Shown here piece after piece: positions 28,719-40,947 of a stretch of 64,000 bases of DNA. Position numbers and translations under genes: made by a program. Origin of the DNA: an uncultured Acidobacteriota bacterium (GTDB lineage Bacteria > Acidobacteriota > Vicinamibacteria > Vicinamibacterales > UBA2999); NCBI GenBank assembly GCA_963814955.1, contig CAWFEX010000008.1:755992-819991 (forward strand). Direction: 5' to 3'. Numbering within the stretch: position 1 is the stretch's first letter; each line of letters opens with the position of its first letter. Under the pieces are notes generated by a model. That model had not been told where the DNA came from. It saw only the letters and a program-made list of their open reading frames with translations, and ran no database searches.

Positions 28719-30291
28719 TCGACACCGCCACGGTGACGCAGGCAGCCGCAGCCAGCGTCATCCAGAGTCCGGCCCGCGCCATGTCCTTGATCGAAAAGTA
28801 GCCGGACGCGTACGGAATCACCGTTGTCGGACCCTCGCTCACCAGAATGAACGCGAGCGATGAGGTGAAGGCGGCCGGCGCCACCGTCGCCCAGACGTCG
28901 AGGCGCAGGTCGTTGGCGAGCGCCACGAGAATCGGCACGATGATGCTGGCAGTCACCGTATTGCTCGAGAAGAGCAGATGCAGGCCCGCCACCGCGATCA
29001 CGATCACGAACGGCCGGATCAGTTCGGGAACAATCGTGATTTGTCCAAGGAGCACCCAGGCGAGCCAGCGGGCGGCGCCGCTTTCGAACACCGCAAGACC
29101 GAGCGACAGCCCGGCGACGATGAGCATGATGCCGCCCCACTCGATGTCCGTTTCGGCCTGCTTCCATGTCAGTACCCTGACGCCCGGTAAGAACAGCGCC
29201 AGCCCTCCGGCCAGCGCCACAGCTTCAACCGGCGGCTCGAAGCGTCCGCCGCTCCACGCAGCGAGCAGAGGCGTCGCCAGCCAGATGACGATCACCGTGC
29301 CGAAGATCAGCATCGTGTTGCGTTCGATCGGCCGGAGCGGTCCCAGGTCCGCGAGCTTGGCGCGGATGTCCGCAACGGTGAACGGCAGACGTTCGATTTC
29401 GGGCGGAAAGACCCACAGCAGCAGACGCCACGCCAGCGGCACCATCAGAATCGAGGCCGGCACGCCGTAGAGCATCCACCGGGTGAACGAGACGTCCACG
29501 GCCGCCAGCTGCTTGAGTTGCGCGATCGCGACGAGGTTGGCCGCCGTGCCCGCGGGTGTCGCAATGCCGCCGATGAGCGGACCGAATGCCGTCGAGATCA
29601 TGATGGCGCGCCCGAAGTTGCTGCGCCCCGGCGACAGCGACGCGTCGCGCAGGAGGCCGACGCCAAGCGGAAAGAGCATGGCCGCGGCGGCCATGTCCGT
29701 GACCCACCACGACACCGCCGTGCCGACCACGAGGATGCCGAGCAGCACGTGGTCCGTCTTCGTGCCCACCCGCAGCAGAATCTGATACACGAGACGCGTG
29801 CCGAGCCCGGAGCGCGTGAAGCCAGACGACATCATCAGCACGCCGAGAAAGAACGTGATGATGGGATCGCCGAAGCCGGCCCTGACGACCGTGCGATAGT
29901 CCGCAAGGCCGAACACGGGAATCAACACGACAATCAGCAGGGACGTGACCGCAAAGGGGAGTGTCTCGGTAACCCACAGGACAACGGCGAACGCCAGGAT
30001 CGCCAGGCATGCCTGCCCCTGCGGCGTTAGCACGATCGGCTCTCCGTCGCGCACGAGCGGTGGCGGCGAGGGCAGCAGAGAGATCGTCAGCAGGAGTCCC
30101 ACCGCGGCGAACAGGACGTAGAGTCTGCGGTCTGGCGCGGCGGGAGGCGAGGTGCCAGGCGAAGCTGACGGCTGGACCGTGGTCTTCACATCCGCGGACG
30201 ATTCTACAGAAGGCAGGACGCCAAGCCTACACCCCGTCAGCGAGCCTTCTTGAAGAACGCGCTGAAAAGGTCCGTCGTGACGCGATAGCAC
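28696..30291 (-). CDS. DASS/SLC13-type (ArsB/NhaD superfamily) anion permease
   Basis: 531 aa with many TM segments and the motifs WVTETLPFAVTSLL, GGIATPAGTAANL, SNTVTASIIVPI and PTTVIPYASGY. Confidence 0.8.
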   Translation of the reverse strand: MLSRHDGPFQRVLQEGSLTGCRLGVLPSVESSADVKTTVQPSASPGTSPPAAPDRRLYVLFAAVGLLLTISLLPSPPPLVRDGEPIVLTPQGQACLAILAFAVVLWVTETLPFAVTSLLIVVLIPVFGLADYRTVVRAGFGDPIITFFLGVLMMSSGFTRSGLGTRLVYQILLRVGTKTDHVLLGILVVGTAVSWWVTDMAAAAMLFPLGVGLLRDASLSPGRSNFGRAIMISTAFGPLIGGIATPAGTAANLVAIAQLKQLAAVDVSFTRWMLYGVPASILMVPLAWRLLLWVFPPEIERLPFTVADIRAKLADLGPLRPIERNTMLIFGTVIVIWLATPLLAAWSGGRFEPPVEAVALAGGLALFLPGVRVLTWKQAETDIEWGGIMLIVAGLSLGLAVFESGAARWLAWVLLGQITIVPELIRPFVIVIAVAGLHLLFSSNTVTASIIVPILVALANDLRLDVWATVAPAAFTSSLAFILVSEGPTTVIPYASGYFSIKDMARAGLWMTLAAAACVTVAVSIGQSLGF

Positions 30292-30340
30292 TCACACGAA
30301 GGCGGGGTCGCGTCACGACGACGAGCAGTGGATTTCGAAT

Positions 30341-30610
30341 TTACAACCCGCGCAGAGCAGCGTTGAGTTCGCGTCCGAGCCGCGCGATGTTCTGACGGAG
30401 TTCCCGCATCGCCCCGCGTTGGTGACTGGTGCAGGTTTCCACCTCGATAGCGTGTTGCGTCAATGATCGGGCGAGATCACCGTTCGGCGTTCCATTCATC
30501 GCCGCTGTGTCTCGACGGATGCCATCTGCGGCACGGCAGCCTCCCTCGACACCCGATTGCAAGTCGTCGAGATTTGCCTGAATACTCGCAAGCCGTTCTC
30601 TCCAGTCCAT
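30341..30610 (-). CDS. Hypothetical small helical protein (89 aa)
   Basis: Only an ORF with moderately protein-like sequence (MDWRERLASIQANLDDLQSG...RELRQNIARLGRELNAALRGL). No family was recognised. Confidence 0.3.
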   Translation of the reverse strand: MDWRERLASIQANLDDLQSGVEGGCRAADGIRRDTAAMNGTPNGDLARSLTQHAIEVETCTSHQRGAMRELRQNIARLGRELNAALRGL

Positions 30611-30694
30611 CCGCCCAAGACCCCCGAATACAGCATACGCCCAATCATGTCTGTCGAGTGGGACACCATGTGGATAAGGTGGATAGGCACAGCC

Positions 30695-31564
30695 TTATCG
30701 ACTCAACCGATGGCTCTTGAAGAACTGCCACATGACACCTGTCGTGTCGACTTCCTTGCTCGTCCACGTATGACCGAGGCCATCGATGCGAATCATGCGG
30801 ACCTCGGCGCCATCGGCGCAGCTGGAGTAGCGCATGGTGGAAATCGAACCCGGAGGGTCATCGAGGATCGCGTCTCCCCTGCACGAGTTGTGGCGCGCCC
30901 AGCCTGCGAGCGCTTCGGGAACGCTCTCCAGCCATTCGGTGCCACGGCCTGGTGCATGTCCGTCATAGGGGTTCTGCGAATCGGCCAGTCCATGGAAGGT
31001 CAGCACCGGAACCGGACGGCCGTCGCACTGTCCGGGCAGTCGAAGTCCGGAAACCGGAGCGATAGCCGCAATGAGGGAACCGAGCTGGCACCCTGCCAAC
31101 GATGTCATGCGTCCACCACCCGAGAACCCGGTCATATATATCCGCGTGTCGTCGGTACACACGCGCGCCGCAACATGCGCGATCACATCACGGACGTAGG
31201 CAACGTCGTCGGCGCGGTTGTTCTGGACAGGAACATTCCATCGTGCGTCCTCGGCTTCAAGCGTTGCGACGATGAAGCGTTCGCTGGCGCTCAGCGTTTC
31301 GAGGCCGCTGTTTCTGGCCTGGCCTGCAGACGTTCCGCCACTGCCGTGCAGGTCGAGAACCAGAGGCAGGCGCAGATGACCATCGTATCCGGGCGGGACG
31401 AACAATCTGTAAACGCGCGGCCGCTGCCCCGACACGAGCTGCTGCAATGACACTCCCGATTCATGAGTCAAGTCGCAGGAGGAAACCGGGACACGATTCT
31501 GCCCATGCGCAGCCGTCGCGCTGAGCAGGACAAATCCGGTCGTAATAATGAGCGGCACGCGCAT
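30695..31564 (-). CDS. PHB-depolymerase-family esterase (LpqC-like), exported
   Basis: AAGGAG RBS followed by ATG at 31564. Signal peptide MRVPLIITTGFVLLSATAAHG, then PLVLDLHGSGGTS, the nucleophile elbow IYMTGFSGGGRM, and HGLADSQNPY. Confidence 0.85.
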   Translation of the reverse strand: MRVPLIITTGFVLLSATAAHGQNRVPVSSCDLTHESGVSLQQLVSGQRPRVYRLFVPPGYDGHLRLPLVLDLHGSGGTSAGQARNSGLETLSASERFIVATLEAEDARWNVPVQNNRADDVAYVRDVIAHVAARVCTDDTRIYMTGFSGGGRMTSLAGCQLGSLIAAIAPVSGLRLPGQCDGRPVPVLTFHGLADSQNPYDGHAPGRGTEWLESVPEALAGWARHNSCRGDAILDDPPGSISTMRYSSCADGAEVRMIRIDGLGHTWTSKEVDTTGVMWQFFKSHRLSR

Positions 31565-31849
31565 TTCAGTTCTCCTTGACGTGCGCAGTCTGCAGCTGAA
31601 ACCGAACTCCAACCGGTAGACAGCGCGTCGCGAATTCTAGCGTCATTCCAGACTCGTCCATCCACCAGGACGGCTGTGGCGCAGGAGGCTGGCATGTTCA
31701 GGCGAGCAAGGATCGATCTTTTCGTGCGCCATCCGCTGTTGTGCTTGACGCTGGCCGACGTTTCGGCGCACAGTTCCAACGTTCACGGCAGCGCGACGAC
31801 CAGCAAGTGGCCGCCAGCAATTCGATCCAGGGGAAAGGTGAAAGTCGCT

Positions 31850-32038
31850 ATGCCCGCAAGCACGCAGTTTCCGAATCCCGAACCCGTCTGGCATTCACGC
31901 AATCCATTGAAAACGTGCCCCGATTGCCACAGCGAGGTCATCGTGTGGCTCGTGCAAATGCGCCAGCACGACGAATCACGCGATTACTACCGCTGCAAAG
32001 AATGCGGGAACGAGTTCGCACTCGAACGTCCGGCGTGA
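31850..32038 (+). CDS. Small zinc-ribbon protein (62 aa)
   Basis: CPDCHSEV...YYRCKECGNEF gives two CxxC pairs. The start is taken at MPASTQ after a purine-rich stretch. Confidence 0.5.
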   Translation: MPASTQFPNPEPVWHSRNPLKTCPDCHSEVIVWLVQMRQHDESRDYYRCKECGNEFALERPA

Positions 32039-32368
32039 GGCTGGGTCCTCGGACCCCGCGGCGTCTCGGACGTGAACGTCGGGCGGCATAATGTATGAAA
32101 TGTCTGCGAACCCGTGAGCCTTCTGCGCGGCTGGCGTGTTTTCGGAAATCCGTTTCGTTCGTCGCTTCGACCTTCCGCGCTTGAACGGCCCGTTCGAGAA
32201 GAGCGTCACGAAGCTCAACCACGCCCCGCCGGACTTCAAGCTGAAGCTGTTCAGTTTCGATTTTCATCACGAGTATTGAAACCACGCGCACGTGCGCGTT
32301 GTAGGATCCGTGCGATGCCTCTGATGCTGTCGAAATGGGGTGAATCAACGCAGCCGCAGCATTAGCTC

Positions 32369-35300
32369 ATGCGTGGGTCCCGCTTCACGCCGTCCCGCGT
32401 TCTTGGGATAGGCGAGGAACTCCTCAGTATCGAGCTGCTGGAAGAGCACGCGAGACGATTGGCCGCGTTGCTCTCTATTGCGCCTGGCCGTAGCCGGGGC
32501 AGCGGCCACGCGCACCTGCGCCGGCTCAGGCTGCACGTTCGCGCACTGCGCGAGGTCTACATTGCGCTCGCCGACGACGCGCGGCAGGAGGCGATGTCCC
32601 CCGCGGCCGAGTGGCTGCTCGACAACTTCCACATCATCTCGGCAGCCGCGCACGACATCCATCACGATCTGCCGGCGTCGTTCTTCAAGCGGCTGCCGCG
32701 TGTTGCCGCCGACGAGTTCGCCGGTCTCCCCAGGATTTACGCCCTCGCACTCGAGCTGATCGGATCGAGCGCGGGCCGTCTCGACGCGCAGCGGCTTCAA
32801 CGGTTCATCAGCGCCTTCCAATCGGTGACGCCTCTCACGATGGGCGAGCTCTGGGCATGGCCCAGCGCACTGAAGCTGGCGCTGATCGACCATCTGCGCG
32901 TGAGAGGGGACGCGCTCGCCGCCATCCGCGTTCACCGATCGGCCGCGGATCGTCTGGCCGCGGCGGTCGAGGCCGGCGCATCCAGGCTCGACGAGTTCCC
33001 GACGCACGTCCATCACGCGTTCGTCGTCAGGCTGCTTCAACGTACTCGCGCGCTCGGCGCGCTCGCGTCGGGACTGCATCGGCAACTTGAACTCGCGCTC
33101 GCCGCGCGAAGGCAGACGATCGAGGATGCAATTCGAGCGGAGGGACAGCACCAGGCCGCCGAGCAGGCCGGCATGGCCAACCTGATCGGCAGTCTACGTC
33201 TGATTTCAACCTTCGACTGGAGCGAGTTCTTCGAAAGCGTGAGCCTCGTGGAGCAGGTGCTGCAACGCGACCCTGCCGGCGTGTACGGGCGGATGGACTT
33301 TCGTACCCGCGATCGATATCGACACGCCGTCGAGGAGCTGGCGGTGCCCACCGGTGAAGGACAGCTTCTGCTCGCGCTGAAGAGCGTCGAGCGGGCGCGG
33401 CAGGTTCACGTGCATACTCCGGACGCGCGCGCGGCCCATGTCGGCTTCCACCTGATTGGCGGAGGACGGCGGGAATTCGAGAAAAGCGTCGCATGGCAGC
33501 CCGACTTCAGGAACCGCGTACGGCGGATCTTCTTTGCTTGCGCAACGCCTGTGTACCTGGGAATCATCGCGGCGGGGACGGCCCTGCTCGTCGCTCTGGC
33601 GGTCATCTACGCATGGTCGTACGGCTGGCGCGGTGCTGCCCTGGCCCTTGTGGCGCTGCTGACGGTCGTCCCCGCAAGTGAGCTGACCATCCAGCTGCTG
33701 CAGCGGATGATCAGCTACGTAATCCCGCCGCGCCGGCTCTCGCGACTCGAGCTCGACGCGGTCCCCTCGGCGGCGAGGACGATGGTCATCGTACCGACCA
33801 TCCTCGACAGCATAGAGCGTGTCGACGATTTGATCGCGCAGCTGGAAGTGCAGGCGCTCGGCAATCTCGACCCGCACGTCCACTTCGCCATTCTCAGCGA
33901 CTTCCCGGACGCGCCCACTGAAACGCTACCCGACGATACGAAGATTCTCGAGGCCGCCTGCGCCGGAATCGCCGCGCTCAACGCGAAGCACGCGGATGCA
34001 GGCGCGGATCGGTTCTTCCTGTTTCACCGCCTGCGTCAGTGGAACCGGCGCGAAGGGCTGTGGATGGGATGGGAGCGCAAGCGGGGCAAGATCGAAGAGT
34101 TCAACCGCCTGCTGCGCGGCGCCACCGATACGAGTTTCTCCGTGACGGTGGGCGATCTCGACATACTGGCGCAGATCAAGTACTGCATCACGCTCGACAG
34201 CGACACGCGACTGCCGCGAGGCGTGGCCCGCGAGCTGCTCGGAATCATCACGCACCCGCTCAACCGGCCGTCGTTCAACCCGCAAGTGGGGCGCGTCACC
34301 GAGGGGTACGGCATCCTGCAGCCCCGCGTCAGCGTCACGTTCACGAGCGCGGCCGGGTCACTTTTTGCCCGGCTGTATTCGGGACATACCGGCGTCGATC
34401 CCTACACCACCGCGGTCTCTGACACCTACCAGGACCTGTTCGGCGAGGGCATCTTCACCGGCAAGGGTCTCTACGACGTCGATGCGTTCACAGCGGCGCT
34501 CGAAGGATCCGTGCCGGAGAACGCGCTCCTGTCCCACGATCTCTTCGAGGGCCTCCATGCGCGGGTGGCGCTGGTCTCCGACGTGGAGCTCGTTGACGAG
34601 TACCCGTCCAGCGTACTGTCCCACGCGCGGCGGCAGCACCGGTGGATCCGTGGCGACTGGCAGATTCTCTGGTGGCTGTTTCCGTTCGTCCCGTCGCAGC
34701 GCGGCCTGAAGCGCAATACGCTGCCGATCATCGGGCGCTGGAAGATTCTCGACAACCTTCGCCGCAGCGCTGTCGCGCCAACGCTGCTGGCGCTGCTCAT
34801 TGCCGGATGGATGTTACTGCCCGGCTCACCCTGGTTCTGGAGTCTCACGGTCGTTGGCGTCGCGGCGTCGCAGCTTCTTCCCGTGCTCGCGCGTCTGCTG
34901 GTCGGGCCCCGCCTGGCGCAGTCGATTCCGGTCTTCCTCCGCAATCTGCGCCGCGACGCGGCGACCGCGCTGGCGCAGATTCTTCTCAGCCTGACCTTCC
35001 TCGCCTTTCACGCTCTCGATACCGCGCACGCCATCGGCGTGACCCTCGTGCGGCTGGTGATCACCAAGCGCCGGCTGCTGGAGTGGGAAACGGCGGCGAT
35101 GACGGCGGCGAAGTCGGCGGGAGCGGTCGGCCTGCGGCTGCGCCGTTTCGTCGCCGAGATGGCCGGCAGTCCGATTGTCGCCTTTGCTGTCGCCCTCGCC
35201 ATCGTCGCACGGCAACGGGACGCGATGTTTGCGGCGGCTCCGTTCCTGTTCCTCTGGACGATCGCGCCCGTCGTCGCCTACTGGCTGAGTGTGCCGGTGG

Positions 35301-38300
35301 GCGCGCGCGTCCGGCCACTCAGCGATCGTGAGCGAACGGTGCTGCGGAAAACGGCACGGCGGACCTGGCGCTACTTCGATACGTTTGCGACCGCAGCGGA
35401 CGCCTGGCTCGCCCCCGATAACTATCAGGACAACGACACGCCGAAGCTGGCGCGCCGGACCTCGCCCACCAACATCGGCATGGGCCTGCTGTCCGTGCTG
35501 GCCGCTCACGATCTCGGCTATCTCTCGACTCATCGTCTCGTGCGCCGCTTGACTGCAACACTCCGCACGCTGGAGAGTCTCGAACGGTATCGAGGACATT
35601 TTCTCAACTGGTACAGCACCGCGACGCTGGCGCCGCTCCACCCGCGCTACGTCTCGACCGTCGACAGCGGTAATCTCGCCGGAGCGCTGATCGCAGTTAC
35701 CCAAGGGTTGCTCCAGCTCGAAGAGCATCCTCAACAGGAAGCGCAGCGGTTCGCCGGACTGGCCGACACGGCGGATCTGCTCGCGGAAGTATCTTCTTCA
35801 AGCGACAGGAGCACCGGGAATCGGCAGACCCTCAGCGAGATCAATCATCTGGCGCGCGACATCGCCGGCGCGGCGCGCAGCCCAGAGCCGGATGCAATCG
35901 CGGCGATCCAGACGCTGGCGACGCAGCTCACCGACGCGGCCGCCCGACTCAATGCGCCAGCGCCATCCGATCCGACGGACGATCTCAGCTACTGGTGCCG
36001 GGCCGTGCTCGAGTCGGTCAATGAATTGATCGACGAGCCACCGGTGCCGACGGAGTCGTTCCGAGCGCTCGCGAGCCGGTTGTCCGCGCTCGCCGACGGC
36101 ATGCGATTCGATTTCCTGTACGACCGGCGGCGCCGCATTTTCTCTGTTGGGTACCGCCTCGCTGACACTGAGGGACCAGGACGGCTGGACGCCGCTTTCT
36201 ACGACCTGCTGGCGTCGGAGGCGCGGCTGGCCAGCTTCGTGGCGATCGCAAAGGGCGACGTGCCTCAGCACCACTGGTTTCATCTCGGACGTCTCGTCAC
36301 CAACGTGGACGGCCGCGCCACATTGATGTCGTGGGGCGGCACGATGTTCGAGTACCTGATGCCGCAGCTCCTGATGCGCAATTTCCCGGGCACGCTGCTC
36401 GACCAGAGCTGCCGCTCCAGCGTACGACGGCAGGTCGAGTACGGTCGCCAGCGCAGCGTGCCGTGGGGGATCTCGGAGTCGGCGTATGCCTTTACGGATC
36501 GCGACGGCAACTATCAGTACCCGAGCGTTCGGGGTCCCGGGCCTTGGGCTCAAGCGTGGTCTGGCCACCGAGCTGGTCGTCGCACCGTATGCCACGGCGC
36601 TGGCGAGCCTGGTCACGCCTGCGGCTGCGGCCGAAAACTTCGAGCGCCTCGCCGGTCTCGGCCTCGAGAGCCGGTTCGGCTTCTACGAAGCGATCGATTA
36701 CAACCCCCGCAATCGCGGCCTCGATACTCTGCCAGCATCCGTGTCGGCTCCTGCCGTCGTCCGTGCCTTTTTTGCGCACCACCAGGGCATGTCGCTCGTG
36801 GCGCTGACCAATGTCATCTGCCACGACACATTCGTGTCTCGGTTCCACTCCGATCCGAGGATTCAGGCGACCGAATTGCTGCTCCAGGAGCGCGTCCCCC
36901 GCGAGGCCATTCTGTCGGAGCCGCGCCCCGCCGAAACTACGACCGCGCCGCCGTCGCTGCCTGTCTTTGCATCGAGGCGCTTCCGATCCCCGCATACGAC
37001 GACCGTACACACCCATTTCCTCTCGAACGGGCGCTATACCACGGCGGTCACCAGCGCCGGCGGTGGCTTCAGCATGTGGCGTGATATCGCCGTGACGCGG
37101 CGGCGCGACGACCCCACCTCCGACGCCGGCTCCCACTACATTTACCTGCGCGATCCCTGGTCGGACCGCGTCTGGTCGGCAACGTATCTGCCGGTCTGTC
37201 GAGAGCCCGATCGGTTCGAGGCGACCTTTGATCTGGACAAGATCACGTTCCGTCGCCGCGACGCCGACATCGAAACGCAGCTGGAGATCACCATCTCTTC
37301 TGAGGATGACGTCGAGGTGCGGCGCCTGACGATTATCAATCGCGGCACGCAGACGCGCGAGATTGAGGTCACCAGCTACGCCGAAATCGGTACTCGGCCG
37401 TCTTGAAGACGACCTCGTGCATCCGGCGTTCGGCAAGCTCTTCATCGAAACGGAGTTCGATCCGCATAGCGCCGGCCTGCTGTTCAGCCGTCGGGCGCGC
37501 TCCGCCGACGAATCGCCAATCGTGGGCTTCCATGTGCTCGGCGTCGATACCCCTCGCCTCGGCGGCGCCGTGGAATGGGAGACGGACCGCGCGCGTTTCG
37601 TGGGCCGCGGACGCTCTCCGGTCAGCCCGATCGCCCTTGACGGACCGGCGCTGTCGGGTACGACAGGTGCGGTGCTCGATCCGATTGCCGCGCTGCGCGA
37701 GCGCATCCGTCTCGCGCACGGCGCGTCGGTCCGCGTGATTTTCGCGACCGGCGTTGCACCGGATCGCGCCGGCGCGCTGGCGCTGGCGCGAAAGTATCGC
37801 GACGGGAGCGCTGCCGCCCGCGCCTTCTCGATGGCGTTCACCCACGTGCACATCACCCTCCAGCATCTCGGCCTCAGCGACGAGCAGGCGATTCTCTTCG
37901 ACCGACTCGCCTCGCGTGTGTTCGGCTCCGACACGTCGTGCCTCAGCCCCGCGGATCTGGGGCGCAACACGCTCAATCAGCAGAACCTGTGGGGCTACGG
38001 CATTTCAGGCGACCTGCCGATCGTGCTGCTGCGCGTCGCCGACGTGGCGTCGTTGCCGCTCGCACGTCAGCTGCTCAGTGCACAGGAATACTGGCGCGTC
38101 AAGGGATTGAAGGCCGACGTCGTCATCCTCAACGAGCACCCGGCCGACTACCTCGACGAGATGCAGAACCTGTTGTCCCAACTCGTGCAGGAGCCATTGT
38201 GGGCAGGGTGGCTCGGAAAACCGGGAGGGATGTTTCTCCTGCGCGCCGACGGGATGTCCGAGCCGGACCTCCGTCTCCTCTCGGCCGCGGCCGGCGTCGT

Positions 38301-40905
38301 CCTCCCAGGCGACCTCGGCGATCTGGTGTCTCAGCTGGAAAGCCCCGCACCCTGGGTGTTCCCAGGCCATGACATCTCGCGCTCGGCCGAGATTCCGGCG
38401 CCGGAACCCGCGTCAACGCCAGTGCCTGTCCCGCCACTTGTGATGGAAAACGGACTGGGCGGTTTCGCGCGAGACGGCCGCGAGTACGTCGTCGTGCTCG
38501 ACGACGACCGCGAGACACCGCTGCCCTGGGCGAACGTGCTCGCGAATCCTGCGTTCGGGACGATCGTGAGCAGCTCCGGATCCGCGTTCACCTGGGCTGG
38601 AAACAGCCGCGAGAACCGGCTCACGCCCTTCGCCAATGATCCCGTGACGGATCCGACGGGCGAAGCCGTGTACGTGCGGGACGAGGAGTCGGGCGCAGTG
38701 TGGGGCGCCACGCCGGGCCCACTGCCGCGTCGCGCCAATGGCGGCCGGTGGGTCATCCGTCATGCCGCGGGAGTCACGCGGTATCAACATGCAGTCGCCG
38801 GCCTTCAGCAGGAACTTGCCATTTGTGTGGCGCCGGACGATCCCGTGAAGCTGGCGGCGCTTACGCTGACCAACACGAGCAATGTGACAAGGCAGATCAG
38901 CGTGTTCGGGTACGTCGACTGGTGGCTGGGTCCGCCGCGCGCGGGTCATCAACGCTTCGTAGTCACCGAGATGGACGACGAACGTCACGTCATGTTGGCG
39001 CGCAATGCGTTCAATCCCGAGTTCGGCGAGGCCGTGGCGTTCTGGCGCGCGACGGCTGTGCCGCGATCTCATACCGCGGATCGCAGTGAATTCATCGGAC
39101 GCAACCGCACGCTGAGCGAGCCGGCGGCGCTGTTCCGCGAGCGACTCGGCGAGCGCACTGGCGCCGGTCTCGACCCGTGCGGAGCGCTGCAGGTGGTGCT
39201 CGAGATCGGGCCGGGCGAATCATGCAGCGTGGCATTTGCTCTGGGCCAGGGACGCGACCGGGCCCACGCAATGGAGCTCGCCGCACGCTACGGCTCCCTC
39301 ACGCAGGCGATGGAAACGTTCGCGGCGACCGAGCGCCGGTGGGATGAGACGCTCGACGTCCTGAAGGTTCGCACGCCGGACGATTCGTTCGACCTCATCG
39401 TGAATCGGTGGCTGGTCTATCAGACGTTGAGTTGCCGCGTATGGGCGCGAACCGGCCTTTACCAGCCCGGCGGCGCCTTCGGCTTCCGCGATCAGCTCCA
39501 GGATGTGCTTGCGCTGCTTTACACGCGGCCGGATCTTTGTCGCGCACATTTGCTGCATGCCGCCTCTCGGCAGTTCGTCGAGGGTGACGTGCAGCACTGG
39601 TGGCATCCGCCCAGTGGACGTGGAACGAGAACACGGTGTTCGGACGATCTGCTCTGGCTGCCATACGCCGTCGCCACCTACGTGTCGCAGACGGGCGACG
39701 AGGCAGTGCTCGACGAAGTGATCCCATTCCTTCAGGCGCCACCGCTGGAGCCCGATCAGTCGGAAGTGTATTTGCAGCCGCATACGTCCTCGGAGACCGC
39801 GTCTCTCTTCGAGCACTCGGTGCGCGCCATCGCGCGCGCCATGAAATATGGCGCGCACGGACTTCCGCTCATCGGCTCGGGCGACTGGAACGACGGACTG
39901 AACCGCGTGGGACATGGTGGCCGGGGGGAGAGCGTCTGGCTCGGATGGTTCCTTGTCAGTGTGCTGAACGAGTTTGCCCCCATCTGCGATCGCCGCGGAC
40001 GAAACGAGCTTGGAAAGGCCTACCGGGACGAGGTGCGCTGGCTCACCGGCATGCTGGAACTTTCGTGGGACGGCGACTGGTATCGGCGCGCGTACTTCGA
40101 TGATGGGACCCCCCTCGGCTCCGTGCAGAACGAGGAGTGCAAGCTCGATTCGCTTACACAGTCCTGGGCCGTGCTCGCGGGCACGGCGCAGCCTCGCCGC
40201 ACCGAGCGCGCCATGAACGCCGTTCGCGCCCATCTGGTGCGGCGCGACGCACAACTCGTGCTGCTGCTGACACCGCCGTTCGACCGGATGACGCACGATC
40301 CCGGCTACATCAAGGGATACCTGCCCGGCGTCCGGGAGAACGGCGGTCAGTATACGCACGCTGCGATCTGGACCATCATCGCGCTGTCGCGACTCGGCCA
40401 AGGCGACGAGGCGATGGAACTCTTCCACATGATCAATCCAATCAACCATATGCGGACGCACGACAGCGTTGCGCGCTACCGCGTCGAGCCTTACGCTGTG
40501 GCGGCCGACGTCTATGCGCATCCGATGCACCTCGGTCGCGGCGGTTGGACCTGGTATACGGGTTCGGCGGGGTGGATGTACCGGGCTGCCATACAAGAGC
40601 TTCTCGGACTCCGGCGACACGGCGCGACGATCAGCGTGAACCCGTGCATTCCAGCGGTGTGGCCACATTACTCGCTGGACTGGAGAGTGGGTCGCACGCG
40701 TTATCGCTTCACCGTATCGAATCCGGATCACCGGTCTCAGGGTATTGCGAGCGCAGAATTCGATGGAGTCGTCGTCGATGCGCGCGCCATCCCGCTGCAG
40801 GACGATGGCGGGGATCACGAGGTGACGATCGTCCTCGGCGCCGGACCGAGGGTCGATATGCCCATTGCAGCTGTGGGCGCTGTGGAGCGTCGCGATTCAC
40901 ACTGA
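32369..40905 (+). pseudogene. ndvB: Cyclic beta-1,2-glucan synthase-like giant protein (membrane GT84 region plus C-terminal GH94 phosphorylase-like region); two +1 frame breaks
   Basis: About 2845 codons in total, the size of the Cgs/ChvB/NdvB family. The N-terminus has AEWLLDNFHII...TMGELWAWPSALKLALIDHLR, the GT motif is ITLDSDTRLP, and multiple TM segments follow. The breaks are at GNYQY|RAFGVPGLGLKRGLATELVVAPYA (36517-36522) and TSYAEI|[23 protein letters not shown] (37389-37393). The C-terminus has [25 protein letters not shown] and [13 protein letters not shown]. Confidence 0.85.
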
Positions 40906-40928
40906 CGTAGCGATTCACACTTACGTAG
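40893..40928. repeat. 18-bp tandem duplication spanning the ndvB-like stop codon
   Basis: cgattcacactgacgtag followed by cgattcacacttacgtag, with one mismatch. The first unit contains the TGA stop (40903-40905). The second runs into the REP-like unit. Confidence 0.6.
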
Positions 40929-40947
40929 TGTCCGGCTTCAGCCGGAC
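40922..40947. repeat. REP-like palindromic unit (left copy flanking the ATPase gene)
   Basis: tacgtagtgtccggcttcagccggac with stem GTCCGGCT/AGCCGGAC. Over 24 nt it is the exact reverse complement of 43443-43466. Confidence 0.75.

Noticed and set aside
31938-32348. 136-aa ORF on the minus strand between the zinc-ribbon gene and the ndvB-like gene
   Set aside because: Its 3' part overlaps the better-supported zinc-ribbon CDS. The sequence is Arg-rich and filler-like apart from a short helical stretch, and it has no RBS or motif support.
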